Virus record (IMG/VR): IMGVR_UViG_3300024290_000003 | Coordinates: 2,163 to 66,162 of that record | Length of the DNA stretch: 64,000 nt | Source of the DNA: a virus | Taxonomy: Duplodnaviria > Caudoviricetes | Reading direction: 5' to 3' (one strand) | Shown: positions 38,177 through 49,659 of the stretch, piece by piece | How positions within the stretch are numbered: position 1 is the stretch's first letter | How the letters are laid out: the number at the start of each line of letters is the position of its first letter | The notes under the pieces: generated by a model | What the model saw: only the letters and a program-made list of their open reading frames with translations | What the model was told of the DNA's origin: nothing | Databases searched by the model: none | Made by a program: the position numbers and the translations under genes

Positions 38177-38596
38177 ATGACCATTTCACCCGCCGAGGTC
38201 GCCGCGCTGAAGGTGCCCGAAGCGAACATCCAGGAGACGGTTGTGCAGTATCTCCAGTTGGATGGGTGGAGAGCCTTCCGCACTGAGTTGACGGTACAGC
38301 GTGAGCGTGGGCGCGTTGTTGGCGAGCGGGGCCAGCCGGATTATCTGTTTATCCGGTACCAAGATCCCGCCGCGTTCGAAGAGTACGAACAGAAGCGGTG
38401 GGCTGAGATCATGTGGATCGAGTTCAAGGCCGGCGGCGAGAAGCAGAAGTGGGCGCAATCTAACTCGCTTAGCGCCAAGTTCCAGCGGGCCTGGCACGCC
38501 GCGGAGCGATCACGCGGGGCGCTCGTGCTGGTTGTGGATGACATCAACAGCTTCATTGAATGGTATATGACCTGCGGACTTCTGAGGCGCAAATGA
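38177..38596 (+). CDS. VRR-NUC-like PD-(D/E)xK nuclease
   Basis: EANIQ..., GQPDYL, WIEFK. Confidence 0.7.
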   Translation: MTISPAEVAALKVPEANIQETVVQYLQLDGWRAFRTELTVQRERGRVVGERGQPDYLFIRYQDPAAFEEYEQKRWAEIMWIEFKAGGEKQKWAQSNSLSAKFQRAWHAAERSRGALVLVVDDINSFIEWYMTCGLLRRK

Positions 38597-39229
38597 GACT
38601 CGATTGCACGGTCGAGGAAGGCTACCGCGAGCTGGCTGATGACGCGCGGGAATTGTTAGATGAGGGGCTTGCGATTCTGAGGCGCGACATCATGCGCTTC
38701 GACGAAGACAACGATGACTACCCGCTGCCATCACAACGGGCGCTACTGGAGCGGAAGAAGAAGGTTTGCAAAGCTGTTACGCGCTGGATGGCCGATCTAA
38801 CCCGCCTGAAGACACGGGCGCTGATCGAGAAGTGACCGGAGTGAGCATGAAGCAGGAGAGCCAGGGGTGACAGGCGCGATGCAGCACAACATCGGACTCA
38901 TCATGATCTGCGTGCCCTTACTGGCATGGTGGCTGTGGGGCCTATGGGTGCTCGGCTTCAAGGATTGGATACGAGCCACGGGTGTATGTGCAGCCATTCT
39001 TATATGGTGTGCGATTGCAGGCTATCTTCTATCGAGGCACGGTTGATAGGCGCGAGGGGCGAAACAAATATCGATGAAAACGTTGTATTCACAGGCGCTT
39101 GCTACTATAATGGGAGTCGAGGGATCAACACTCTGGCTCGCTACCAGGGTGCCCAAGACAGTCGGGCGTACCACGGGCTGCGGGTCGCATCCGCAGCCCA
39201 GCTCGAACTCCAATGCGACTGGAGACGAT

Positions 39230-40138
39230 GTGGCTAAACAGCTACCGTACTACCCCTATTACACAGCCGACTTCCGCGAGAGCAAGCACGTTCTCGCAAT
39301 GAACCTATCCGAAGTGGGCCTTTATCAACTCTCTCTCAATTGGGCCTGGGACTACGGCTCGATACCGGATGATCCAGGTGAACTCGCCAGACTTCTGCAG
39401 CGCGACAGAAACGAAGTGAAGCGAGCGTGGCCGAAGGTGCGACCGTGCTGGGTGCCGTCTCCAGAGCAAGGCCGCTTGGTCAATCAGCGGATGGAAGCTG
39501 AGCGTGTCAAGGCAATCGACAAGTCAGATAAGGCCTCAGTATCGGCCAAATACTCACACAGCGCCAGACGTGCGAACGCACTTGCGAAGGCAAAAGCGGT
39601 CGCTATTGCGAACGCAAGTGCGAACGCACTTGCGAACGGTGTTGCGAATCATATTGCGGATGAATTGCATCGCGCGTCTGGTATCTCTTCTGCTGATACT
39701 GAGAATACTTCAGAGAACAGAGAAAACCCAAACGCGCGCGATGCAATAGCGAACGCAATAGCGAACGTTAAATTTGATGTGTTGCCTGGGTGCCAGTTGT
39801 TCATGCAGGAATACCCCGGTGAACTCAACGACTTGGTGCCGCAATTGTACATCTCTCTCATCGAGAACGCTGTTGATGAAGTCAAGCTTTTCATAAACTT
39901 GAAGCTGCACAGACAGTCTCGTAAGTGGAAAGACGGATTCGTTCCGACCGCCGAAAACTTTCTATCGAAGGGCATCTGGAAGTTTCCGCCGCCGAAGGAA
40001 CCAGACAAGCCTAAATCCAAACTCGATGAGCAACTTGCGCAGGTGGTGGCTCAGATGGCCAGCGAGCCAAGGCCGGAACCCAAGCGCAGCCCGAAGGAAA
40101 TTCACTTGGAAAATCTTAGGCAGAAAGGCGAGATGTGA
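39230..40138 (+). CDS. Replication initiator, YdaU/DUF1376 family
   Basis: LPYYPYYTADF...EVGLY...W..GSIPDD...RLVNQRM; C-terminal FVPTAENFL. Confidence 0.85.
   Translation: MAKQLPYYPYYTADFRESKHVLAMNLSEVGLYQLSLNWAWDYGSIPDDPGELARLLQRDRNEVKRAWPKVRPCWVPSPEQGRLVNQRMEAERVKAIDKSDKASVSAKYSHSARRANALAKAKAVAIANASANALANGVANHIADELHRASGISSADTENTSENRENPNARDAIANAIANVKFDVLPGCQLFMQEYPGELNDLVPQLYISLIENAVDEVKLFINLKLHRQSRKWKDGFVPTAENFLSKGIWKFPPPKEPDKPKSKLDEQLAQVVAQMASEPRPEPKRSPKEIHLENLRQKGEM
39571..39768 (+). repeat. Origin iterons within initiator gene
   Basis: TGCGAA at 39571, 39583, 39607, 39619, 39631, 39643 (12-bp period) plus GCAATAGCGAAC twice. Confidence 0.75.
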
Positions 40139-40617
40139 TCGAGGAAAAAGTAGCAGCGTTTCAGGTGGCTCGTCTGTCTGGGCTCAGTTTCTTTCCAAAC
40201 CAGGACCCAGCGGTGCAGGAGCTCGTAGCAGCATTGCAGGTTGCCGACAGCGAAGGCATCGCAAAAGCGACCGTGGACGACTTGCTCCACGATGCGATTG
40301 AGTGTCCGAAACCATCCGAGATCCGCAGAATTGCCAACTTGAAAAACGAGAAATCCGCGCCGGCCGAACCTTACTGGATGCAGGATCCGACGCCTTCGCA
40401 CTACTGCCATTTGTGCAAAGGCTGGGGCACTTGCGGCACTCCACCGAACGCGGATTTCTGCTCATGCAGCAACGGGCGCACTGTGAGAAACGATCCAAGG
40501 CTGGGCGACAAGTGGCTTGCGATCGTGAACAGCGGGCGGGCGTCTGGAAACATCGCCGCGCTTGCGCGGGCCGTCGATAGCGCGAATCGCACCGGGCGGA
40601 CCCTGGAGCGGCTATGA
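40135..40617 (+). CDS. Helicase loader-like protein with Zn finger
   Basis: Follows initiator; CPKPSEIR motif; CxxC..C..CxC. Confidence 0.55.
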   Translation: MIEEKVAAFQVARLSGLSFFPNQDPAVQELVAALQVADSEGIAKATVDDLLHDAIECPKPSEIRRIANLKNEKSAPAEPYWMQDPTPSHYCHLCKGWGTCGTPPNADFCSCSNGRTVRNDPRLGDKWLAIVNSGRASGNIAALARAVDSANRTGRTLERL

Positions 40618-43444
40618 CCACACGGCAGCGGGCGTGGAGCCGAACACGACTCGTCAACTTACTCTGCGATGAGCGTGATCTAGACCCGGTAAGGGGATGG
40701 ACATCCATCTTCAACCTTGTGGGGCATCTCTCGTCTGAACAATTATCCAACGAAGTTAGAACGGCCACGTCTCGGCAACGGCAGTTCCGCGCCGAGCGCG
40801 AGCGGCTGGAAACAACGAAACCTGCGAGGGCGCTGTGAAACTGGCCATGTGGACGCTGCTGCTGCGATGCACGCCGCTCGCGTGGCAGAAGCTGATCGCG
40901 CACGACGATGACGGGAGCCTGCGCTACCGATGGGCGTTCTGGGTAATGCGCAACGCCTGGGGCGCTGGCGACGATGCGATAGGTCGTGAGTACTTCCCGC
41001 ACTGGTGGGCGGCTGAGGAGCGCGTGAGACGCGGGCAATCGATTGGAAGGTTGGCGTGAAGCAGCTGAAGCAGCTCTACAACCGCGTGACGCGCCTGCCA
41101 GAGTTGCCGATACGTCCAGTGCCACGCAGTAAGTACAAGTGGTGGCGAAAGGGAAGCGACGGTTGGGAATTGATTCTGATGGGAGAGCCAGACTGTTTCG
41201 CTTATGTCATACGTTATTGGAACCGAGCACGACACACTTCGGCATGGTGCTGGATTCTGTACATGCCACGCGGCCCCTTGAATGAAACCGCACGCGGTTG
41301 GGCATCTGCTCCGCACACTGCCAAGCGGCAAGTTGAGGCCGCTATCGAGGAGCACTGGCGATGAATCTGTACTCACACTGGACAACCCTCGCAGATGTGG
41401 CCCCGTTTCATCGCGGCGTGACTTGGCGCGAGTGGCAGTGCTGGCGCGTGGCGCAGATGGCGACCGGATGGCTGGCATTGCACGCAGGCGAGAATCCGCT
41501 GGCCAATCGAGCGATCGCGACAAAGCGCGATTCCTACGGCTGGAAAAGCGCATGACCAAGCTCCGCGGCCGCACGACGCCCCGCACGCCATACGACACGG
41601 GCTACAGCTTGGGCGCCCGCAACATCCACTCGGCGATGCTCCCGTACACCGATTCGGCGAGTTATCTGGAGTTCTATCGCGGGCACCAGGCGGGCTACGC
41701 GCAATGGCGGGCGACAATGGCTACGGCGTGGCAGCGGGCCTGCTACGAGGCGCTGGAGCGTACGCAGGGGCTGGAACCGAAGCGGAAGAAAGCGAGGGCG
41801 GCGTGAGTTGTCCATGTCCAGAGTGCAACAACGATTGGGGCGGCACTTGCCTCTACGAACAGATCAAGACCGCTAAGCAGGAGCGCGACTCCGCGCTGGC
41901 AAAGGTCACCGAAAAAACGAACGAGGTCCTAGCTCTCATACGGGATGAGTTCCGCTTGGTTGCGAAGCTGGCCGAGCAGGCGGCGCTGGTTGAGCGGCTC
42001 AGGGCGGCGCTGGAACCGTTCGCGGCCTACGGAGAAACGCTGGAGTCTGTAAATTGGCTACCCGATGAGTGCCCGGTGAGCGCGACACCAGAAGCGTACC
42101 TGACGGCTTCCCTGCGAGTTAAGCATTTACGCCGTGCTCATGAGGTATATGCAGGCATAGTCTCCGCCACGCCCGCCGCAGCGCTGGAGGCGCACGACCG
42201 GGAGTTGCTCGCTGGATTTGCGCTGAAATCACACAAGTGGACCGGATGCCGTGCCGGTGGCGATCCAACTGAGGCCGGATCAAACGAATGGATTCGGTAC
42301 TGCGAAGTGTGCGGAATGGAGGATACCTGCGAAGATCCGCTACCGCCGTGCCCGCCGTTTGAGCACGAATGGTTGAAAAAGCACGACCGGGAGTTGCTGG
42401 AACGGGTCATTCACGAAATATCCAAATGCACCTGGGCACCGGGATTCGTAACAGCCGACCGCATCCGCGCACTCGCCGCAGCCCCGCAGGCCGCGCCGGA
42501 GGAGAAAGCATGAGAACCTGGAGCAGACAATTTCTTTGGGGGCATGGGGGGGTATTTGATTCTGATGGCAACAGGTCTCGGGATCGATGGCATGGGATCT
42601 GCTGTTAATGCCAAAACAGCGCATAATCTCGCTGGATTCTGCTTCGGAGCCGCATGTATGCAGGCGCTAGCCAGATATTCGGCGAATAGACGCGGATGGT
42701 TAAAGGACGAGGATGCTGAAGCGCCCGCGAGCGGGACGGAGGGGCGATGAACGATTATCTGTTGCCAAAAACCCGAGTATTGCTGTATAGTTGGGCGAGA
42801 AACACAACTGACCGGATTTGTTCTATGCGTCGTGACCGGCGGCGCTGCACACCGAGTTTTCGTGCCTGACACCCCAACTATCCAAAAGCTGAAGCCCGCT
42901 GACTTGCCCCGTTCCCTCCGAATCGTCAACCCGCCCGAAGGCCATAACTCCTACATTGGCCGGAAACACGCGCTGCGCTTGCTCAAGCAAGGCCGCGGAC
43001 GCCTGGAGAACTCCAATACCTCGATACGGTTCTGCGATGCGTCACAGAGCGTTTTAGCGGCCCGGAATGCGGCTTTATGGTGCGAGCGGCAACGCAAACG
43101 TCTGGCGGCAATCCAGCAGGAGCGGGGATACGATGGCGTGAAGCGCCCATTGCGCCTTGAAGAACTGAAAGCGATACCTTTTGCCGGAGACGTGCGCTGT
43201 CTCATCTGAGCCGAGAATGCAGCCCGCGCGCCTCAGTGACGCCGACAGGAGCGAGTACGAGGCCATGCGCTGGGCGTTCTGGCAGTGCACCGAATCGCTG
43301 CAGGCCGGCGCCGATCTGCGGATCGTCCACACCGACAACTGGGCGGTGGTAATCGTACGTACGCCGGCGGCCACGCGCGAGCTGGTGGCCGTGGTTAGCT
43401 CGATGCTGGGGTCTTGGCGGCATCCGCACTGGACGGCGGGCTAG
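40614..43444 (+). other. nin-like run of small coupled ORFs, including 41803-42513
   Basis: Overlapping start/stop codons. Confidence 0.5.
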
Positions 43445-44591
43445 GATTCGGGTGATTCCCCCAGAATGCCCAGCCTGCAAAGAGACCCATGCCGAACGCG
43501 CACACGATGCAGGATAATCCAACCCACATGAGATCGTTGAGCGCTTCGGTCATGGCTGTGCCTTTTTCTTCGCGGCTTTGGGTTCGGTCAACTGAAGTAT
43601 GAGGAGCAGTTCGTCGCGCGTTACGGCAACGCGGTCTTCGGGATACCATTTGCCGCCGCGCGATTCGCGCTCCGCCTCGCCAAGGATGATGTAGCCTTCA
43701 TACAGGCGGAACGACAAGCGTCTTGATTTTGTCCATGTTACGACTCTCATTGGGCGGTGCCTTTCTTCGCGGATTTGGGCGGGCGCGGGGTGTAGGTGTG
43801 GGACGCATCGCCAGGACAATGGTTGGCGATAGTGCGATGATCCCAATAGCGTTGACCGCAGTGGGCACACAGCGGCTTGCGGCCTCCGGAGCGACCGCCT
43901 TTCTTGTGCTTGCGGAGCGACTGCAAGAGCCGCCCGGCGTTGGTGGAATCGGTCATGACATTCTCCAGTATCCGTCGGAGCCAAGCGATTCAGGCTTGAC
44001 GGTTGCGTGTCGCTTCATGCGGTAGCAGTTGGGGACCTGCCTCGGTTTCACGTTCAGGTACGGCGGTGGCTGGTCGATGTGGATGAGCAAGCGCGGCACC
44101 GGTTTTGCTTCTTTGAGGTGCCAGCACTGTTTAACCCCGTATGGATTCTTGCCGTTGTAGAAGTCTTCTTCGCAACCTTGGCAATGCGATACGTCGATCA
44201 TGGATTTAAGGGCCCCTTTCGGCCGTTTTTGAGAACTCCTCAAAGAATGCGGCTAGTCGGCGGATCTCCCGTTTTGACGCACAAGCAGCCAAAAATACGA
44301 TTAGCACCTCAATTGTTGACATCCCTTCGGTCCATTGGCGCGGAATCATTGGCCAGCCTCCTTTGGATCGTCTGTGGAATCGTTTATGAGGGCAATGGCG
44401 GCACGAGCGGTAGACTTCGGGTCGTCATCCCCAATCCAGTACCAATCATTGCCCTCTGCAAAATTGCTCTCGTCGGCATAAACCTCCAATGCGGTTAGCA
44501 GCACGCTAATTTTTGCTCGGTAGGTATTCAGCATCTGGTCTATTTCCTCACCGACGCGCTTTAGTATAAGTCCCACGCTTTCATCAGGCAT
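43395..44591 (-). other. Reverse-strand small ORFs (about 5)
   Basis: Coupled short ORFs downstream of the DUF3560 gene. Confidence 0.5.
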
Positions 44592-45521
44592 TTAGCGGGC
44601 CTCCTGTACCTCGGTGTAGGCGTATTTCATAGCGTACTTGCGTTGATCCTCTGGCAGTGGAAAGCAGATGTTAGGTACAGCTACGGTGCTTGGGTTGAGC
44701 TTTACAATCGGCTCCCAGCGTCCGCGAATCTTGACCGCCTGTTTGCCCTTGAGCGTTTCTTTGGTGAACACTTCCCGGCCGCAAGTCGCTAAGCAGTGCT
44801 CGTAAAACTCTAGCTTTTCGTGCTGTTCGTCAAGCAACACTGTCAAACGGTTGCGGTAGTCGTCAGCAATTGGCTCGGGCGTGCTGTAGTGATAAAACTT
44901 CCCTTGCAGCCGATTTTCGAGCACAGCGATTTCGGCCTTGGTTTCTTTGATGCGATTGCCCAGATAGCGCGGATCGCTGTATTGCGAACCATCGGCGGAT
45001 GCACGAGCGCAAACAGCGCGGCGCTCGTAATACTTGGCCTTGTCGCCTTCCTCGAAACCGCGTTCAAACGTTTTGCTGATGCGATCGCGGAATCTTCTAT
45101 CGCGTCCCTCGGAGTAATGGCCTACCAGAATCGGCTGGCCTAACGGAATGCAATCTGCCATGCTGTGGGCTCGGTTGTATAGGGCGGTGCTGGATTCCTC
45201 GGCCTTATCCGCTCGATCTTCGTATCGGTCGGCGCGTTCAGCGGCCCGTTCTTGCTTCACTTCGATCTGTTCAGCAAAGCTAAGGCGTTCGCCTTCCGTG
45301 CCTTGGTTCTCAAAACCGAGTTCGGCGAGCAACTGGGCCAGGAAGTATGTGTTTCCGGCCTTTGCTCGGCTGATCCAGCAGCCATTGCGATTGCTCCACA
45401 GGCATGAGTTCTTGAGTTCGTTCCGCTTGGTTTCCGGCAGAGACAGCCAGTCGGCTTTGCCGCCAGTGAAAATGTTCAACTTGTCTGTTTCCAGGTTGTG
45501 GACGTAGTATCGATTAGACAT
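44592..45521 (-). CDS. DUF3560 domain protein
   Basis: ERAAERADRY...IPLGQPILVGHYSEGRDRR...KAKYYERRA signature. Confidence 0.85.
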   Translation of the reverse strand: MSNRYYVHNLETDKLNIFTGGKADWLSLPETKRNELKNSCLWSNRNGCWISRAKAGNTYFLAQLLAELGFENQGTEGERLSFAEQIEVKQERAAERADRYEDRADKAEESSTALYNRAHSMADCIPLGQPILVGHYSEGRDRRFRDRISKTFERGFEEGDKAKYYERRAVCARASADGSQYSDPRYLGNRIKETKAEIAVLENRLQGKFYHYSTPEPIADDYRNRLTVLLDEQHEKLEFYEHCLATCGREVFTKETLKGKQAVKIRGRWEPIVKLNPSTVAVPNICFPLPEDQRKYAMKYAYTEVQEAR

Positions 45522-45550
45522 TGTGAAAGCTCCATTCTTTCTCAGTGTTA

Positions 45551-45625
45551 GGGGAACTGGAAGTTTACGGCTTCCACGTTCCCCGCTTACAGAACCATCT
45601 TAAATCCAACGTTGGATATTGTCAA
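45551..45625 (-). promoter_or_regulatory. sigma70 promoter with spacer palindrome and leader hairpin
   Basis: TTGACA-17-TAAGAT; ATCCAACGTTGGAT palindrome in the spacer; GGGGAAC..TGGAAG/CTTCCA..GTTCCCC hairpin. Confidence 0.75.
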
Positions 45626-45798
45626 GGATTATCTTGAACTATTTTGCGAGCGGCTTTGGTCTCGCGGATCTTGAGCACGCGCGCGCTGGCCTCGGTGCGC
45701 CATCCTGCCGAATGGCAAGCGGGGCAGAATACGGGCAGCTTGGCCGTGCGCCGCAGCCAGGTGTGGTGGCAGCGCAGGCAGGTGAGCTCGGACTTCAT
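45622..45798 (-). CDS. Small Zn-finger protein
   Basis: CLRCHHTW...PVFCPACHS.GW. Confidence 0.65.
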   Translation of the reverse strand: MKSELTCLRCHHTWLRRTAKLPVFCPACHSAGWRTEASARVLKIRETKAARKIVQDNP

Positions 45799-46455
45799 GA
45801 GCGTGCCTCGGGTTTCTCTGGTGCTTTGGGCGGGATGTGATTCAGCACGTAATGCGTCTCGTACTCGGGCGGCATCAATCCCAAGTCCCGGCTGATGAAG
45901 GTTTTTCCGCAGGCGCAGCGCACCTTCTGCCACTTCCAGAACGTCCAGCAATACCACGGGCAGGGGATATCGGGCATATAGCCCAAGAGCGGATCATAAC
46001 GGGCTGTCATGGCTGGACCTTGCATTGTGGCTCCTGACTTCGATGAATCATCCAATCGACTTGCCCGTCAATGTGGTGTGTTAGCCAGCCCATTTCAAGT
46101 GCGTAAGTGTGAACCTTGCTATTGACGGAGACCGGCAGTAGTTTGGTTTTATCAGCCTCCCGCACTTTGCGCTTGGCGTCCTCCCACATCACTAGCTTTC
46201 GATCAGTGGTTTTCATGGTGTCTCCTTTGGGGGTTAGGCGGCAAATACGGCTTTGAATTGTTCGTTGAAGCCGCGCTCATACGCCAGCTTGTCGGCGAGC
46301 ATGGTTTGCAGCCGGACCCCGATCTTAGCCTCGCGCCTTGCCATGCCGTAAGGGTCTACGATGCCGACCACTCCGGGAGCCATTAGCTTGCGTGCGAACG
46401 CATCGCCGAGCGACCGTCCCGCGTGTTCCGCTGCGCTTAATTGTTTTATCATCAT
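45795..46455 (-). other. Three small reverse-strand ORFs
   Basis: 46234-46455, 46007-46216 (AAAGGAGA RBS), 45795-~46025. Confidence 0.55.
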
Positions 46456-46460
46456 GATGT

Positions 46461-46489
46461 ATCTTAATACGTCATCACAGAACAGTCAA
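46461..46489 (-). promoter_or_regulatory. sigma70 promoter, leaderless-type
   Basis: TTGACT-17-TAAGAT, 5 nt before the ATG at 46455. Confidence 0.7.
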
Positions 46490-46593
46490 GCACTATTTCG
46501 CATCCAGCGCATTTTTCCGCGCTTCTAGCTGATTCCATGGGAGATTGAGTTACGTCCGCTCTACGCAAACAATCACTTGCTGAGTCCTTCGGA

Positions 46594-46878
46594 GTGCCGG
46601 CCGACTTGGTGTCAATCCAGGATGCGGCCGCGATCATCGGAGTAACGCGCTACGCCGTCTATGACTGGTTCCGCTCTGGCAAGATCGGCCTCTATGGCCA
46701 CCCAGGCTCTTACCGCGTCTCTGTCGCTGAATGCCTACCGCGAGTGACGGCCAAGAATCGGCTAAAGCCGCATTTGAGACCTCATGGCTTCAAGAAGAAA
46801 AGCGTTCGCTCTGGCAAACAGTCCCAAAGTGCCGAAATATCGGCACCTGATCCAGCAGCCGGAGAGCCTCGGTCGTGA
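46594..46878 (+). CDS. HTH (excisionase/MerR-like) DNA-binding protein
   Basis: LVSIQDAAAIIGVTRYAVYDWFRSGKI...SYRV. Confidence 0.75.
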   Translation: MPADLVSIQDAAAIIGVTRYAVYDWFRSGKIGLYGHPGSYRVSVAECLPRVTAKNRLKPHLRPHGFKKKSVRSGKQSQSAEISAPDPAAGEPRS

Positions 46879-47411
46879 TGCGTATACTTGTGCAAAGTAT
46901 GCGCGAGTGTTGATAAATAAGGACTTGACTGCTGCTGTGCCCAATGTATTGCCCAGAACCAGGCAGCCGGCGACGCCATAACGCTCCATCTGCCGGTATT
47001 TCGGCGCTAGGGTGGTCTCGATCCGACGCCGACCCGACCAGAGGGGAGGGGCATCAATCTTTGCAGGGTGCCTCAGCGTGCGGTGCCTGCTGAAGTGGTT
47101 TTCGTAAAAAAAAATATGTGGTTGGGGAGTTTGGGGGATGGGGATTGTTGGGGCGTAGATGGGGGTAGGTTGCGATATGGGGTTTGAGTTAGTGGAGAAG
47201 GGTCGCGCGGTGAGGCGGTGGTGCGGGGAGCACGGGCTGCACCGGGGGAAGGAGTGTCCTGGGTGCCGGGAGGAGCGAAAGTGGACCACTTCTGATTCGT
47301 ATGCGCGGCTGGTAGTGGCGCAGATGTTGAAGCAGATCGAGGCGTTCGAGCGCAGAAGGGCGGTGGGTTGATGTACGGTAGTTATACTTCTGTACGTGGC
47401 CCAAAAAGGGC

Positions 47412-47864
47412 TTGTTTTGGACCACTCTGGTCCAAAAAGGCGGGATTTTGAACCGCTTTTCGAAGGTTCCGCCGGAGGTTTTGTACGATCAAAACCTTAC
47501 CGTAGAGCACCTTAGGGTGTACGGGGCGCTGGCTTCGAGCGTTCGCGGCGGGCGCAACACGACAAACATTGGGCAGCGGCTGATTTCGAAGCTGACGAAA
47601 CTCAGCAAAACCACTGTAGGCAGGAGACTTAAGGAATTGGCAGAGTTCGGGCATGTGGTGTCAGAAGTGGACCACAAAGGGATGCGGGCGCACTTTCGAA
47701 TGATATCGCCGGTATTTGCGGTTTATGATCGCAAAAGCTATGGAAGGAAAGGCGTTAATGTTGGCGGCATGAGTTCGACAGTGCGCGTGGCGAGTGCCTG
47801 GGCGAAGACCAGCGTGGACCGGTCGGAGATCGACGCCATTCTGGGGCGGAAGGAGAGCGCGTGA
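47412..47864 (+). CDS. Winged-HTH protein
   Basis: FSKVPPEVL...LRVYGAL...LSKTTVGRRLKELAEFGHV. Confidence 0.7.
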   Translation: MFWTTLVQKGGILNRFSKVPPEVLYDQNLTVEHLRVYGALASSVRGGRNTTNIGQRLISKLTKLSKTTVGRRLKELAEFGHVVSEVDHKGMRAHFRMISPVFAVYDRKSYGRKGVNVGGMSSTVRVASAWAKTSVDRSEIDAILGRKESA

Positions 47865-48218
47865 GCGAGACCGAAGAAGGCGTGCTCACTACCGTTTTCG
47901 TCTGCGATGGCATAGATGCTGGCCATGTTGGGCTGGTTCTGCGTGGAGTTCCACTGACGGAATACGACGGCGAGATCGTGCCGGGAGTAAGGATGACACC
48001 AAAGCAAGCACGTAACATCGCCGGACTGCTGCTGGAAATGGCCGAAGATGTTGAACGGGAGAGCGTGTGAGCTACCTGATCGCGCCGCGCTACGGAACGC
48101 AGGGGCGCAAGTGGGCGCTGATGGACTCGACCGGGGTGCTGTACTACCGGGCGAGCGTGCAGGAGTTGCTGGACCACCTGCTGCGGTTCAGCGGTAGGAT
48201 TGAGGTGGAGATACGGCC

Positions 48219-48653
48219 ATGAGTGCGAGGCCACGTCAGAACGACTGCCAGCATGAGCCGCCGTATCCCGATCACGATTGCGTGGTATTTAGCATCCGAT
48301 CGCCTGAGATGACGGCTCATCTGGCGAGTCACCGCTGTGCAATCGAGGAGCCGCATTCGGTTGCTGTGTGCGGGGAATGGTGTCGCACAGCCGACGACCC
48401 GCAGGGCGTGAGCGAGGCGGATGCAAAGTACACCTGCCCGGTCTGCCTGTTCCCGGCGATGCCGCATGAACCAGCGCCGCTATCCGAGCATATCTGCCCG
48501 TGCTGTGGGACGCAATTCGGTTACGACGACGCCATGGAAAGCCACGCGGAACTCCGCGAGCGCTGGAAGGCGGCGGGGTGCCCGTGGCATAGCAAGCGGA
48601 TGAAAGCGCCGGACGGTTGGGACCCGAAAGTGCAATTGGCCGCCGCCTCATGA
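48219..48653 (+). CDS. Cys-rich CPCC-type protein
   Basis: YTCPVC...ICPCCGTQFGYDD. Confidence 0.65.
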   Translation: MSARPRQNDCQHEPPYPDHDCVVFSIRSPEMTAHLASHRCAIEEPHSVAVCGEWCRTADDPQGVSEADAKYTCPVCLFPAMPHEPAPLSEHICPCCGTQFGYDDAMESHAELRERWKAAGCPWHSKRMKAPDGWDPKVQLAAAS

Positions 48654-48858
48654 TCGACCTGCGTATCAGCATCCACGAATACGGCGCACGCGGCCATCAG
48701 TCGGGGCGCGGGACGCACGTCGATGCGGGCGACCACAGCGGCAACGGGCCGGCGGTGCGGGTGCGGTGCCTGGGCGAGCAACCGGATGACGACCAGCGGA
48801 CGCGCTGGCTTGCGGAGGAATCGCGGGCCTATGCTCGGTTTCGGAGGAGTTTGAGCAG

Positions 48859-49659
48859 ATGACAGCGACCGAGCAGAACGTTACCAATGGCGTTGGCGGG
48901 GTAGTTCACCGCTGGAGCCACCATGAGCAACTATACCTCCGGCTTCTGAAGCGCTGCCTCACGCGCGAACTTTTCCCTGACGGCCATGTGGCGATGGATC
49001 TGATGACTCACCGGGTTGTAGATCCATCGCTACGGCGCGTTGGACGCGACTGGCCGAGCGAAGCCGAGACTATGATCGGCATGGAGCGCCTGAATAACGT
49101 TCAGCAACTTGTGGGGAACGTGCTGAAGTACAGCATACCCGGCGATCTGGTGGAGTGTGGCGTATGGCGCGGCGGCTGCACCATTTTCATGCGTGCGCTG
49201 CTCGCTCTGTTCTCCGATAACTGCCGGCGCGTCTGGGTCTGCGATTCCTTCCAAGGCCTGCCGAAGCCCGATGCTGAGCGGTATCCAGCCGATGCCGGAG
49301 ACCGCCACCATGAACTTGCGCCGTACCTCGGCGTCTCGCTGCGCGAGGTGAAGGACAACTTCCGGCGCTACGAAATGCTGGATGATCGCGTCAAGTTCGT
49401 AGAGGGCTGGTTTGCCGACAGCCTGCCGGCGGCGCCCATCGATAAGATCGCCGTACTGCGCATCGACGGCGATATGTACGGCTCGACTTGGGAAGCGCTG
49501 ACGGCGCTTTATCCGAAGGTATCGGAGGGCGGCTACGTGATTGTGGACGATTACGCGCTCAAGGGATGCCGGGCCGCGGTGGACGATTTCCGCGAACAGA
49601 ACGGGATGGTGAAGGACTTGGAAGTAATCGACTGGACCGGCGTGTGGTGGATGAAATGA
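48859..49659 (+). CDS. TylF/MycF family O-methyltransferase
   Basis: TMIGMERL, PGDLVECGVWRGG, DSFQGLP, LRIDGDMYGST, VIVDDY. Confidence 0.93.
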   Translation: MTATEQNVTNGVGGVVHRWSHHEQLYLRLLKRCLTRELFPDGHVAMDLMTHRVVDPSLRRVGRDWPSEAETMIGMERLNNVQQLVGNVLKYSIPGDLVECGVWRGGCTIFMRALLALFSDNCRRVWVCDSFQGLPKPDAERYPADAGDRHHELAPYLGVSLREVKDNFRRYEMLDDRVKFVEGWFADSLPAAPIDKIAVLRIDGDMYGSTWEALTALYPKVSEGGYVIVDDYALKGCRAAVDDFREQNGMVKDLEVIDWTGVWWMK

